Shown here: piece after piece, positions 1-11,582 of the stretch
How positions within the stretch are numbered: position 1 is the first letter of the stretch
How the letters are laid out: every line of letters starts with the position of its first letter
Position numbers and translations under genes: made by a program
Notes under the pieces: generated by a model
Told to the model about the DNA's origin: nothing
What the model saw: only the letters and a program-made list of their open reading frames with translations
Databases searched by the model: none
NCBI GenBank assembly: GCA_040285855.1
Contig: JAUFOQ010000016.1
Coordinates: forward strand, 496,001 to 560,000
DNA: 64,000 nucleotides
DNA from: Eukaryota sp. GEM-RC1
Lineage: Eukaryota
Reading direction: 5' to 3'

Positions 1-170
1 TCGACCAAGACTAAATTAAATCATCAAGAATTAGTCTTGGTGAGACTAATTAAAATACAGTTCAATTAGTCTCACTCATATATTAGTCTTGGTGAGACTA
101 ATTGATATGTGCACATGATTGAAAGTGTCTTAAGAATTAGTCTCACCAAGACTAATTGTCAATGACAGTG
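1..170. mobile_element. Right end of a DNA transposon/MITE with palindromic subterminal repeats, terminating in CAGTG
   Basis: AATTAGTCT-TGGTG-AGACTAATT occurs at 29-51 and 82-103, its reverse complement at 135-157, plus half-sites; the array ends GACTAATTGTCAATGACAGTG. A similar terminus (GAGACTAATTGTTGTAACAGTG) lies at 63623-63646. The left end is outside the window. Confidence 0.6.
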
Positions 171-295
171 TAATTCTCGTGGACTGAAAAAACTGACTCT
201 AAACGGACTTATTACTTTGTTTCCAAATTCTGTCATTTAACAAATCCGTAGTAGATTTTAATGTTGATCCTCATTTTATTGACGTTGACGTTGGT

Positions 296-652
296 TTGTT
301 CCGTTTTTCACCAATTCAAATTACTGCCATCGGTTTTAATTCAGGCCCCTGGCTACGTTCTCTTTTTAATTGTGATAGCCTGAAAGAACTGATATTCAAC
401 AACTGCCGATTTCATATCTACGTAATCACTTATTTGTGTGACTTAATTAGCGATAGCAGTTCAATTACCCATTCAACACTCGAACAAATTGACCTTAGGT
501 TTAATTCCATTGATAACAAAGGCGCTATTGCATTGGCAAACGCTTTGAGTGAAAATGCAGTTGTGACTGAAATGAATCTGTGTGGTAACTCTATTGACTC
601 TGAAACCAAACAACTGATTAAGAAAATGTCAAATGACCGAATCAATGTTTAG
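296..652 (+). pseudogene. Ribonuclease-inhibitor/NLRC3-type leucine-rich-repeat protein, C-terminal fragment
   Basis: LEQIDLRFNSIDNKGAIALANALSENAVVTEMNLCGNSIDSE is an RI-like LRR; the ORF has no ATG start (begins TTG) and lies just downstream of a transposon end. Confidence 0.55.
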
Positions 653-994
653 AAACTATTTGATAGCACTGTTATTTATGTTTGTTTAACATTTGTTCAG
701 TAAATATCATATTCACGGTATCATGGTAGTGATATTAAACAGTTCAGTTCATCCACTCCAAAAGCATTTATTTCACTGATTGATCATAAACCCCATTTTT
801 GTTTTCACAGGATTATTGAACATTCTACTATTAGTTTTGGTTTAATTTCCAGATTTTCAACATTAGTTCATAAAACACAAATGTTATCACTACGTTTTTG
901 ACATGGCCTTCTAACTCTTAATCCAACTACTGTATTTCAACAAACTCAAATAAGTAAAAAATCAATTTATATACAGTACTAGTACATCAAAAAC

Positions 995-2325
995 TCAATC
1001 CACTCTTTCCGCATAAGATTCGACTATTCTGCCACACTTACATTTTTGCTTTCCATTCATAAGAGCTACATTTCCATTAACAATGACATCAAAACCTTCA
1101 CTCATCTCAGTTGGGTTTGCAAAGTGAGCCCTCTGAGTAATACGTTCAGGACGAAAAACAAGAATATCAGCATAATATCCCTCACGAATATATCCACGAT
1201 CTTTAATCTTGTATGTATCAGCATTAAGACCAGTTGCCTTATAAATTGCTTCTTGAAGGGTTAGAACTTTACGCTGATAAACGTAATGATCTATAATCCT
1301 GGCAAATGAACCAAAAGAACGGGGATCTAGAGTAAAATGAAATGTGTTTTAGACATACGGTGTAAGAGAAATGCTCCATCAGAACAAAAACCAATTCTTG
1401 GATGCTGAATGAATAGATCCTGAACACTATCCTTCATTTCAAAAAGAGCATTGAGATAAGAGGCTTTGTGTTGAAGATCAATCATGACGTCAACATAGTC
1501 ATGTACTTTTGCAAAGATAAATCATCGATATTATCCCAGTATTCCTCATCTAAATACAACTGTTCGGCTTCTTCCAGGTTCTTGAGGAATACGCCGCGGT
1601 CTTTAGGATCGGATACGAGAAAGATATCGCCGGGTCCGAAAGTCTGTTCATCTTCATGTGACAATACAGTAGCGTTCAAAATGGAAGATCGTAGATGGAG
1701 ATAGCAAGTTTCGTCATGTATACAAGTAGTATTCAACATCTGAATAAGCCCTTGCCCATGATGGAAAGAAGTAGAACAAACCAGTAGCAGAAGCGGTCCA
1801 CGGATATACATCTGCCCACTGCAGTTAGAATAATTTACAGTTTGAACATACGGCAGAAGGAATTTCTGGATAGAGACGTGGTGCGTCAAAGATACGATCA
1901 ATTAATTCATGGGGAAGGGTCTGTGAACTAGCGAGACTCGAAGCAGCAATCTTAATATGTGTGTGAGAGAATGCACATTTGCCTGCACGGGCAATTTCAA
2001 CCAATTCCTTTGAAGCGGACTCGATTTCCCACGCGTATTCACCTCTAAAGTCAGTTGAAATACAGGGTAATAAAATACCTAACATGAGAAGCAATGAGTT
2101 TTCCAGCATAGCCAACTTCGGGACTCAGAAACTTCAGTTCTTCAACAGTGGAATAATAAGCGGGATCATACTCTAATCCAAGGGATAGCCCCAATACTCT
2201 CTTATCTGCCAGATCTGTTTTGAGAAGCGCTTTCATCTCGTCCTTTTCCTTTTGAGTAAGTTCATCTCCTGGAACCTCAAACTCATTTTCTTGAGCTACT
2301 ACAATGACTTCACTCTCTGCTACCA
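995..2325 (-). CDS. N-acyl-D-amino-acid deacylase (D-aminoacylase, amidohydrolase superfamily), 3' two-thirds
   Basis: After removing 3 introns and 2 single-base indels it reads GLSLGLEYDPAYYST...SHVRGE...HTHIK...ADVYPWTASATGL...FCSDG...HHPRSFGSFARII...LTLQEAIYKATG...DRGYIREGYYADILVF...VIVNG, with stop TGA at 995-997. Confidence 0.9.
1327..1358 (-). other. 32-nt spliceosomal intron
   Basis: GTATGT...TTTAC-TCTAG; removal restores HHPRSFG. Confidence 0.9.
1819..1851 (-). other. 33-nt spliceosomal intron
   Basis: GTATGT...CTAAC-TGCAG; contains an in-frame stop, and removal gives SA-WADVYPWTAS. Confidence 0.9.
2045..2078 (-). other. 34-nt spliceosomal intron
   Basis: GTATTT...CTGAC-TTTAG; removal restores SHVRGE. 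Confidence 0.9.
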
Positions 2326-2993
2326 ATCCGATGCACAAGAATCGAGATGACATCATTCCCGTGTATGAATCAGGAGTTAAAACCCTTCGGTTCTATTGGA
2401 ACTCATTTTTAGACCTTTCAATCATCAAGCTTGTAGCTGGAACCATTGCCTTTTTCATTGGTGTGCTTTTGGGAACTCTGTTGATTGGATGGATATTCCC
2501 AGATCCTTCAGATTGTGATCTGCTCATCAAATTTGGAACTGTTTATGACGGAACTTTAACTACTATCCCTACTACTCAGCATGTCTGTATCAAAGGCTCT
2601 CGCATTAGTCAACTTCTTCCTGTTGACACGGACTTATCAGATCTTGACATTGACGAAACAATTGACGCTGCAGGATATGTTGTCACTCCAGGTTTCATTG
2701 ATGCTCGTATGTGTTACACATCAGCTAACTTTATATGCACATTTCACAGCAGATTTGGAGTTCGAGGAAGAGATGTCTCACATGTTCGCTCTTCGAGATG
2801 GTGTAACCACGAGATTATATGGCCAGGATGGTTTCTCGCCTGATTATCCTGAAGAAGGACATCCTGACTACACAACAGAAAAGGATTACATTGGATACAT
2901 TGACAAGGCTGAAAAGGTGTTAATCTGGGATTTCTTACTGGACACGCTTCTCTCCGTTGTAGAGTACTGGATGATCCAAATTCCGACTCAGAT
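2326..2993 (+). CDS. 5' segment of the same D-aminoacylase gene, in inverted orientation
   Basis: Encodes a TM helix (IIKLVAGTIAFFIGVLLGTLLIGWIF), DLLIKFGTVYDGT, IDAAGYVVTPGFIDA-H-A-H, DGVTTRLYGQDGFSP and NLGFLTGHASLR. These are exactly the family motifs missing upstream of the minus-strand part. Confidence 0.85.
2707..2734 (+). other. 28-nt intron with a non-canonical AT 3' end
   Basis: GTATGT...CTAAC-TTTAT; removal restores the metal-binding PGFIDAHAH motif. Confidence 0.65.
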
Positions 2994-3334
2994 CAATTCT
3001 TAAATGCCAGTTTTCCTTTACTTTGTATGAGTTACGTCGTATTGTCCTAAAGTTTTGGATGTTGAAATTAATGTCTAACAACTTACAAACTGATATCATA
3101 CCATCATTGAAGGTGATCAGCATAACCAACAATTAATAATACGACTATTTACAATGGGGTGATTGTCGTTAATGAACATAAAACGGTGTCCCGATTCAAT
3201 TCAAACTGTGAACTTAAAAGTAGAAACACGTCAGTCGAATTGAATGACAGACAACCGTTGGACACCTTACTGGTACATGTACTGTACATGTTGTTTTGAA
3301 GTAAGTTGGCACTTTCATGAAAATCACTTTTGTA

Positions 3335-4248
3335 CATAGTTGTACTTTACATCAATTTTGTATTGTTTTGTGATTTGTGATCACAAATCACAGTCACAAA
3401 GTGTGATAACAATGATCACAACAATCACACGTGATATGAAATGTGTACTCTTCATAACTGATAGCAAAAATGATCATGTTGTCACTTATCTACCGACACT
3501 TTAGGCCCCAACAACAGACAGTTAAACAGATGCGGATTTATCACGAACTTGAAAAACAGTATTTTTGAAGCTACTTTAGTTCATGAATTGTTTGTTATTA
3601 ACTTCTGCAAATGCATTTATTTCACTGATTGATCATAAACCCCGTTTTTTTTCAATTGTCGACTAATTTTTTTTCCTAATTTTTCCTGTTTGACAACTCA
3701 GTGTTTCCTCCACATTGGCATCATCCTCGTCTGATTCAAACACAAAATGCACACGGTTTTCATTTGTCATGTCATTTATTATACTTCGAACATCCATCTC
3801 ACTAAGGTCAACATGTTAAGATTGGTCACCCTTCTCTACTTAATCATGTTCCATGAATGTATTAAACTACACTAAATTCGGTTTCTGTCTTCTTGCTTCC
3901 AATAAAGGTAGGATAAAATAAACTTAAATGACAACATCTTATTATTTCCTTCATACTGAAACCTCTATTAGAATATGATGTCCTCGGGTCTGTAAACAAC
4001 CCAAACAATTGACTTGTCATGTTTATTTGCATTTGTTATTAAATCATAGATTTTATTTACTAGTTACGAAAGCCCTTAGCTTTTTAACTTGCATTTATTT
4101 TACTAACATCTGACAAATATACAAAATAGCAACCAAGTTTAGTGTGAACAATTGTGATCACAATAATTCGACCATTTCTACACTTTGTGATCACTGTGAT
4201 CACAACGGTGATCACAGATCACAGTGTGACTTGTGAAGTACAACTATG
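3335..4248. mobile_element. Non-autonomous hAT-superfamily element (914 bp)
   Basis: 17-bp TIRs CATAGTTGTACTT(T/C)ACA with 1 mismatch; exact 8-bp TSD CTTTTGTA at 3327-3334 and 4249-4256; clustered TGTGATCACA-like palindromes near both ends; no transposase ORF. Confidence 0.92.
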
Positions 4249-4309
4249 CTTTTGTATAGTAAACCAGAGTTGTGAAAGTTTCAACTTTCTGTGTTAGACA
4301 GTCATTTCA

Positions 4310-7300
4310 ATGCCATATCATTCTCCCAGACCCACGACTCCTACTCTGCGGAGTCGTTCTCCTAACTCTTTAGGTCTCCGTGCTCCTTCAACATCAAAAT
4401 CTTCTATTGGCGGTTGGACGAAGGGAGATGTAGGCACCGTTACCCCCAGTCGTCGTTACCGACATGCTTCCTGTATTATTGGTGACAATCTCTTTGTTTT
4501 TGGTGGAAACTCGGGTACCTCTTTACTTAACGACCTCATTTCTCTGGACTTAGGTGATCTCCGCTGGCGTTCTCTTTCCTCTACCAATGCTCCTTCTCCA
4601 CGTGAAGGCCATACTCTCAGTAGCGTTGGAGACCAACTTGTTCTTATAGGTGGAGAAAAACAAACCGCATGTACAAACGAAGTCTTCATCTATGATACCT
4701 CTCATCAACGTTGGTCTAAAGTAGACTTCCCTTCCTCTCACAAACTTCCTCCCCCCTCGATGTGGCCACTCCGTTGCCGTTGTTGGTGAAAAACTCATTA
4801 TGTTTGGTGGTGCTGACAAGAAAGCCGTCGTTCCCTGCTTCTATCACGATACCTGGATGTTTGACATGGCTACCAAAACCTGGACTTTACTCGAAACTAG
4901 AGGCGCAACTCCAGCTAAGAGATACGGACACTCCTTTACCAACGTCTCCAACAGATTCATTCTCTTTGGTGGTTATGGTCTCACTGGTAGACTTAATGAC
5001 ACGTGGGAATTTGACCTATCTGATTGTTGTTGGAGATACGTCAACATCCCCTCCCACTCCCTCCCTCATCGCCGTACTGAGCATGGAGCTTCTCCCTTTG
5101 TTCACTCTGGTAATCCCTGCTTAGTTATTCATGGAGGAAGAGGTGGAACTGGTTTACTCTCTGATTTATGGATGCTGACGTTTGCTGACGTGCCTACCTG
5201 GAAATCTCTTGAAACTGGATCTATATCCACTCCTCGAAGCCGTAGACCCCACGTGTCATCCCACTATCCAAGATCAAGACACGCTCATACTCTAGCAGTA
5301 CTCCCGGTTTTACCTGGCTCATCAATGCTACGTCTATTGGTCTTTGCTGGGCTGGCATCGGAAGCTAGACCTTTGTCTGATGTTTGGCTCTTGAATATAC
5401 ATAGTAAAAGTGATGATTTATCGTCCCCAGTCACAGAGAGATTTGAGGAACCCACACCTAGACTAGAAGAGCGGTCTTCAAGACTAGAGGAAGTGTCAAC
5501 TCTTGTTTTAACGTCTCCCCTTAGCCAAAGTTTGAATGAATTGAGCAATGTGAAGTCTGAAGTCGATGTTAAGTACTTTGATGAAAAGATTGCTGAATTG
5601 AAAGGACATTTTGACAAGGAAATAGAATCTTTAAGATCTGAAATATCAAATAGTGGTACTTCTAAAGTTGATTTGGATGAGGCAGTCAAAAATTTAAAAA
5701 TTGATGATAAGTTGAATCGGGTGGAAACTCTGGTATCAAAGGATATTGCTTCATTAAATGAGCAAATTTCCGCTCTAAGGCCTTTAAAGATTTCCATGAG
5801 TGACGTTTTGTCAGAAATGATGGCTTTGAAGTCCCGTTATGCAGAACTAGAAGATAAGATTTTGAATATTTCACAGCATCAATACAGGAACGAGGGAAGT
5901 AAGAGTGCGAGATTCAGAAGTCGATTCTAGTATCTTTGAATCTAGACAGAGCTCTCAAGAACCGGTTTTCGACGATGACAAGTTCCCTCAACAACCTGTT
6001 ATTGAAGAGGAAGCTGAGAAAGTACAAGAACAAGAGGATGAAGTTGTTCAGCAACAACAACAAGAAGCCGTGAAAGAACTTCCATTACCAGTTAAGAAAG
6101 AAGTCGTCGAAGAAAGGAAAGAAGTCGCTCCTGAGCCAGTGAAAGAGAAAGTTGTTGAAGAGAAATCCCAAGTAGTTCCTGAAGTGCAACGTAAACTTCA
6201 TCAACAATACAATGCACCAGAGCAACAAGTTAGTGAACCTTTACCAATTAAGGAAGAAGAACCAGTTCCAGAACAACCAAAGCAAATGATACAAGAGCCT
6301 GAAGAGGAAGGACATCGAGAAGTTGACAGTGAAGACATTGATATCGACTCAGTGAGCATTACCCATATCTCCGACATCCAGGAATCTGAAGGTGACCTAT
6401 ACGAGGTGAATTCTGTAGATGCTGATAATGCATCAACCTCTAGAAAGAGTATTTCTGGATCTGAAGGAGCTACTGGTCTCTGCCGTAACATGTCTACCTT
6501 TAGTGGACACTCAAAGGTCTCTCTTGATATGTTACCAGAAGGAGCTTCTAAAGTGGTATCTGAAGATGATCTTGTTGCCAGACCTGACCTCCTCCACCTT
6601 CCTGATCGTTGTGTAGCTGGTATCATTGGGCATTTACCTCAACCATTTGTTCAGAACTTAGAGAGTCTTTCCTTGGCTCATCCTTCTATAGCAAAGAGAG
6701 TTCTTCATTCTCCTCACATTGCTCATGGAGCTGCTTGTCTTAGATGGGGGATTGACTTGGTAGATGAAGCACTTTCCCCTTTTGGTTCAATAGGGATCAC
6801 TGCTCCCAATGACCCTCTGGAGTTGCTTAGTAAGTGGAGTAGAAGTGAGAGCAACTGGAAGAACGGACGCTGTACCCTACGTACCTTCAACAGTACTTCT
6901 TCCCACCCAATCTCTAGCATCGCAATCTCTTCAATGGGAGTTGGAGGTCTGGTTTACTCTGGAAGTGAAGGAGAACCAGGTGAGATCAACGTCTGGGCTC
7001 CAATGCTGTCAAAAGATCCAGTTATCAAAGCTGAAACAGGATTATCTGAGAAGAATAGTGGTGTTACTGGACTTACTGTTGCTAACTCGGTATCTGAGTA
7101 TAACTTACCCATTCAACCTTTTGTTTTCTGTCCAGAGATGGTCATTTCTACTCATAAGAGTGGTGAGGCTAAGTTCTGGGTAATGGAAGATCAGAATACT
7201 GAAGACGATATGGTACAGGCTGGTACTAACTATCTAGAGAAAGTTAAGCTGAAGCCTGTTGGTAGCTTCGCCCTTCATCATACAGATATCCAGGGTATGG

Positions 7301-7929
7301 CCTTACGTCAAGACTTTAGTGGTAAGGATTTAATTGCTACCACTGCTAAAGACCGAACCATTAGAATCTGGGGTATGAACTCGTTGTTTGAATCTCCAGA
7401 GTCTATTTCTCCACTCATTGTTTACTCTGCAACAAGATCTCAACTAGCACTGGCCTTTGCTCCTCCCTATACTGATCCTCTTTTAGCTTCAGGAGGTGGT
7501 GATAAGATAATTAAGGTGTATAATTTAGCTGATCCTTCAAATGAATCTCCCGTGTGTAAACTATCTGGCCATGCTGGTAGAGTTCGTGCTTTGTCTTTTA
7601 TTGATGGAACTCTGTTGGTTTCAGGAGCTTCTGATGGTTGTGTGGCTTTGTGGGATGTCCGTATAGGTAAAGCTGTTGCCGCCTTCCCTGACCAACACAA
7701 TGGTTCAATCAAGGCAGTCTCTGTTAGAACTGGTGGCTATGAAGTAGTCTCTGGAAGTACTGATGGAGCTGTTTGTGGATGGGATGTAAGAGGAGACCCA
7801 GCCAAGTGTCTCCACGTGGCAAAGTTCGATGATGCTGTTTCAGCTTTGGATGTTGGAGTGTCACAGGTGTTTGCTGGTGGAGAAAGTGGAATCTTGAAGT
7901 GTTTTGATTACTCGGTATCTCATTCTTAA
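4310..7929 (+). CDS. Kelch-repeat / coiled-coil / F-box-like / WD40 protein (about 1200 aa if joined)
   Basis: Kelch repeats (PSRRYRHAS..LFVFGG, PSPREGH, KRYGHSF..LFGG), a heptad region, an acidic linker, LLHLPDRCVAGIIGHL (F-box-like) and WD40 repeats (LSGHAGRVRAL..SGASDGCVALWD). The three ORFs join by removing one base at C6 (~4751) and one at G3 (~5894). Confidence 0.75.
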
Positions 7930-8380
7930 AGTTTTTCCTTGTAATTTAGATTTTTAGTTTTGCCTTACTGATAAATAAATTTGTAGCTATTTTTGTTTTG
8001 CAGTCATTTTCATTTAGTTTTGACTTCTTTACAAAAAGAAGAGTTTCAATTCTAGGTGTTGAGATTTTCTAATTTGTAAGCAGAAATTTACGAAATTACT
8101 GAAGCCTCACTGATATAGTGATGATAGAGAGCAAATCCTCAAATAGTCATTGACCCTATTAGCTGATTGATCGGATGCATGAAAATCGTACCAATATTAA
8201 ATAACAAAACCCACACCCTTAAAAATCTAAATACGTTTATAAGCCGAAGCACATCAGTGTGAAGACAATAACATTAAACTCTTAAAAAGAATCGAAAGGT
8301 CTTCAAGACCGACCGTATTTAAATATTTACAAACATTCAAAAATGCGAAAAACAAAACATCCAAAACTCAACTCAATAAA

Positions 8381-10166
8381 CTACCTATGTTTCCTCCTAC
8401 TACTTGATGCTCCTTTTGTTCCTTTCATCTTCCTTGGCTTAACTTCCGAAGGCACAGACACGTCAGAGAGGTCAGTGGGAAGTGTATCGTCAACATCTTC
8501 TTCTGGTTGCTCCTCCACGTATTTAAACAAATCTGCCAACGACTTAGTCTTGCCAAGAATAGAATTACGACGACCCCTAAGTTCGCGTTTCTCAGCTCTA
8601 TTCCGAGCTTTAATCAAACTCAAGTAATACTGCATCTCAGTCTGACTAAACTCATACTTACCTCTTTCCTCAATAGGACGTTCCTCGATTACACTGAGCT
8701 CTTCTGGAACGGCAACTACCACTTTGGCAGCAGAAGTATCAATCATTGAAACAGATCCTGTCCATTTAATCTTTCTACGTTCTGAATCACTAGAGTGAAC
8801 ATCGTCATCAATGACGTCATCAAGAACCTCAGTCGGAGGAGATATGGGTTCAACTTCATCTTCTATATTTTCAAGATTAGCACAATTTTCAATTATTTCC
8901 CAGTTAGCTTCATGCCTCATCCTATTCTTCGCCAAGACAGCTTTCCTTTTCTTATAGTTACCTGCACACGTGGCAAAAGTTTCATACTCCAACTCCATAT
9001 ACAACCGCAACGTGTCAGTTGCCAATGACGTGATGTGATTGTTCCAATGCCTCTTAGAAGTTCCATAGAGAGTATCAAACACCAAAGGGGCCAGTGAGTT
9101 AATATGTTCAGTTACAATGTTGGCAATGTAGTGAGAGCCCAAAAAGAGCAGAGATCTTTCGGCAACTTGGAAGTGATCGTCATTTACACCTTGACAGATC
9201 TGTTTCACTAGTAAACTGCTAGAAGTAGACTTTTCCCTGACTGATAGGTATGAGACGAGATCTTCTAAAGTGGCGGTGTACAACAATTTAGAAGAGCTCA
9301 GCTGTGGCCACCATCGAACCAGTTTCTTAATGATTTTACTAGTCAACGCAGCTTCCTTTTCTACAAACTGAACAACACAATAAGAGAGAGATGAGTGAAA
9401 TGAGGATAGAAAAGGGGATTTGAACATTGGGAGAAGTACTTGAGTTAAGAGGATCGTGTGTTCAGGTTTGAGAGGTTGAGCAAAGCCGTTGATAATAGAA
9501 GCCAGAATGTCTAGTAACTCTGATATGCCCCTATATCTACCTCCTTCTCTGTCTTTTCCATACATGAAGTCGTGAAAGATATGTACCATAGCCTTTCTAA
9601 TGAAGGTCCTATGACTCATGAATCGAGCGTAAATCCTATGTAGGATGGTCTTAAGACAGTCTCGTTCACGGTTATCTTCAACGTCAAAGAGTTCCAGTAA
9701 GTTGGTGATGAAGTACTTGTTAAGGTGTTTACGAGCAAGCTTGATATCCAGATCAGGAAAGAGAACAAAGCGAAGGAGGAGGTCGTAGGTGTACTGCTTG
9801 GTCTTGGTCATGGGGTCGTACTTGTTAGAATCGATGTTAGGTTCACTGTTACAAGTTTTAAGAGAGTTGAAGAGGTTGGAGGAGATCATTTTGACAAAGG
9901 AAGGGACGACAGAGGGGTGGAAGGTGTTTGATTTGTTGTCACTGATATATTGAACTAGATCAGCCATAGCTGTGTGTTTTTCTTTAAGAGCGGTTGCAGC
10001 ATTTGATGAAGAAGAAGACTCAAATATGTTGGTACAAAAAGATATTTTACTGGCAAAGACATTAGAGCGATCATTTGATGAAACATCTGAAATCAATAGG
10101 AAATGAGGACCAACCTTTAAGAGGGCGGAAGTGCTGTATATCAATAACGGACGGACTTAGGTCCAT
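8381..10166 (-). CDS. PPP2R5: Protein phosphatase 2A regulatory subunit B' (B56)
   Basis: LLELFDVEDNRERDCLKTILHRIYARF, GISELLDILASIINGFAQPLKPEH, YCVVQFVEK, HFQVAERSL. ATG at 10166 with a 28-nt intron gives HFRPLK-DVSSNDRS. Confidence 0.95.
10087..10114 (-). other. 28-nt spliceosomal intron
   Basis: GTTGGT...TTGAT-TTCAG; links the only nearby ATG to the B56 frame. Confidence 0.8.
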
Positions 10167-11124
10167 AAGAAGTTTTGAGAAAGAAGAATCTTCTGTTAAT
10201 TCTCCTCAAAAGAAATCTGATTGATTGATCGCTGTATAAATAAGAACCACAAGCCAAGAACATATTGGAACCATACTGCCGTGATTCTTTTTAAGAAGAG
10301 TCAGTGGTACTACTGTTAAGCAAGAGAACAGAAATAAAACCGGATTACACTGTTTGACTATTCATGTCTTCTCTCTTTTCCGATGTGTAGATCTGTTGAC
10401 CAAATTTTAGAGATTCGAGTCAGTATTGATGGTGAGTTGTTTTCTAATATTCACAGTTCACGTGTTTATACGAACACACTTGAAATATTATTTATGTATT
10501 TTTATCAAATTTCTCTTGATTATCTGTCTTTGAACTTCTAAGACACAAACATTCTACATTTTAGGGCTGTGTAAATCTAAACAAACCAATATTAAACTAT
10601 ACTGGAAACTAAACATGTATTTCATGTTTCTCATTTGAAAAATAATCGCCAGCGAAGACAGTTCGGCAGTGCTTCAATTCGAATCTGGGATCAAAGTTTT
10701 TACGTCGAAACTACTTCTTTAATTCGACAGGATCAAGAGTTTTGATTGGCCGATCAACGGGTTCACTTTTCTAAATAAACTCTAGGAATAATGTGGTCAA
10801 CTGACTAATGTCAGGCTTCCTATACAGCAAGTGTTGAAACAGGAAACTTGTAGAGATTCAAAACCGGTTTCGGCCACATTGGTTACTAGTACTGTACTAT
10901 GTACTTCAGTACATGTAGAAGCTTGCACCACAACTTGAAGTTCGGCACCGGTGCTGCGACATTGGACTTTTCTTTTTCCAACGTGTGTGTTCACACACAC
11001 TTCAAATGTTCTGGGAAATGTTGATCAATTTCAACATTTTAAATTTTTCTCCTCTATGAATACTGTACAAGATTACTGGCCCACGACCTTCTCTTGGACC
11101 CAGCTTGGTAATGCAGAGCATCCG

Positions 11125-11582
11125 ATGGATGAAAACATCAATGAGAGTGGCTGTTACTCATCATCGCCTCCTTCAGACCTAACAGGAACTGAAAACTTCT
11201 CCTTCCTCTCACCTCAGAGCCTATTGCAGCACTTCTCCTGTACATGCTGTGGATCTGTACTTCAGCAGGCTGTTGAAACAACATCCTGCAACAGACTGAC
11301 ATGTCGGGAATGCTCCTTTGATCTCAACTACTGTCCCCATTGTCATCTTTCTCTACCTTCTACCAAGGACAATCTCCCTGTGCGGAGGATTGTGGACAAT
11401 CTCCCCGTACAGTGTAATCACTGCTCCTACACCACTTCTGCTGGGAATATGAGTTCCACTTCAGAACTTGTAGTGGGAGGGGGAAGACTTGTACCGAGTG
11501 TTTCTTGACCGTAGAGAAGAATGAGATGCTGCAGCATTTAGTAGATTGTCATCAAAATGAACTGATAAACTGGTTCTTTTGA
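11125..11582 (+). CDS. RING-finger / TRAF-type zinc-finger small protein, copy 1
   Basis: FSCTCCGSVLQQAVETTSCNRLTCREC...CPHC...RRIVDNLPVQCNHC; one G is missing at ~11443 relative to copy 2. Confidence 0.6.

Noticed and set aside
29..157. CRISPR-like repeat/spacer look of the palindromic array
   Set aside because: The repeats occur in both orientations, spacers contain half-sites, there are no cas genes, and the context is eukaryotic.
5899..5917. Possible 19-nt intron GTAAGA...TTCAG joining the Kelch and WD40 ORFs
   Set aside because: It restores the frame but is far shorter than the other introns and has no convincing branch pentamer; an extra G in GGG is simpler.
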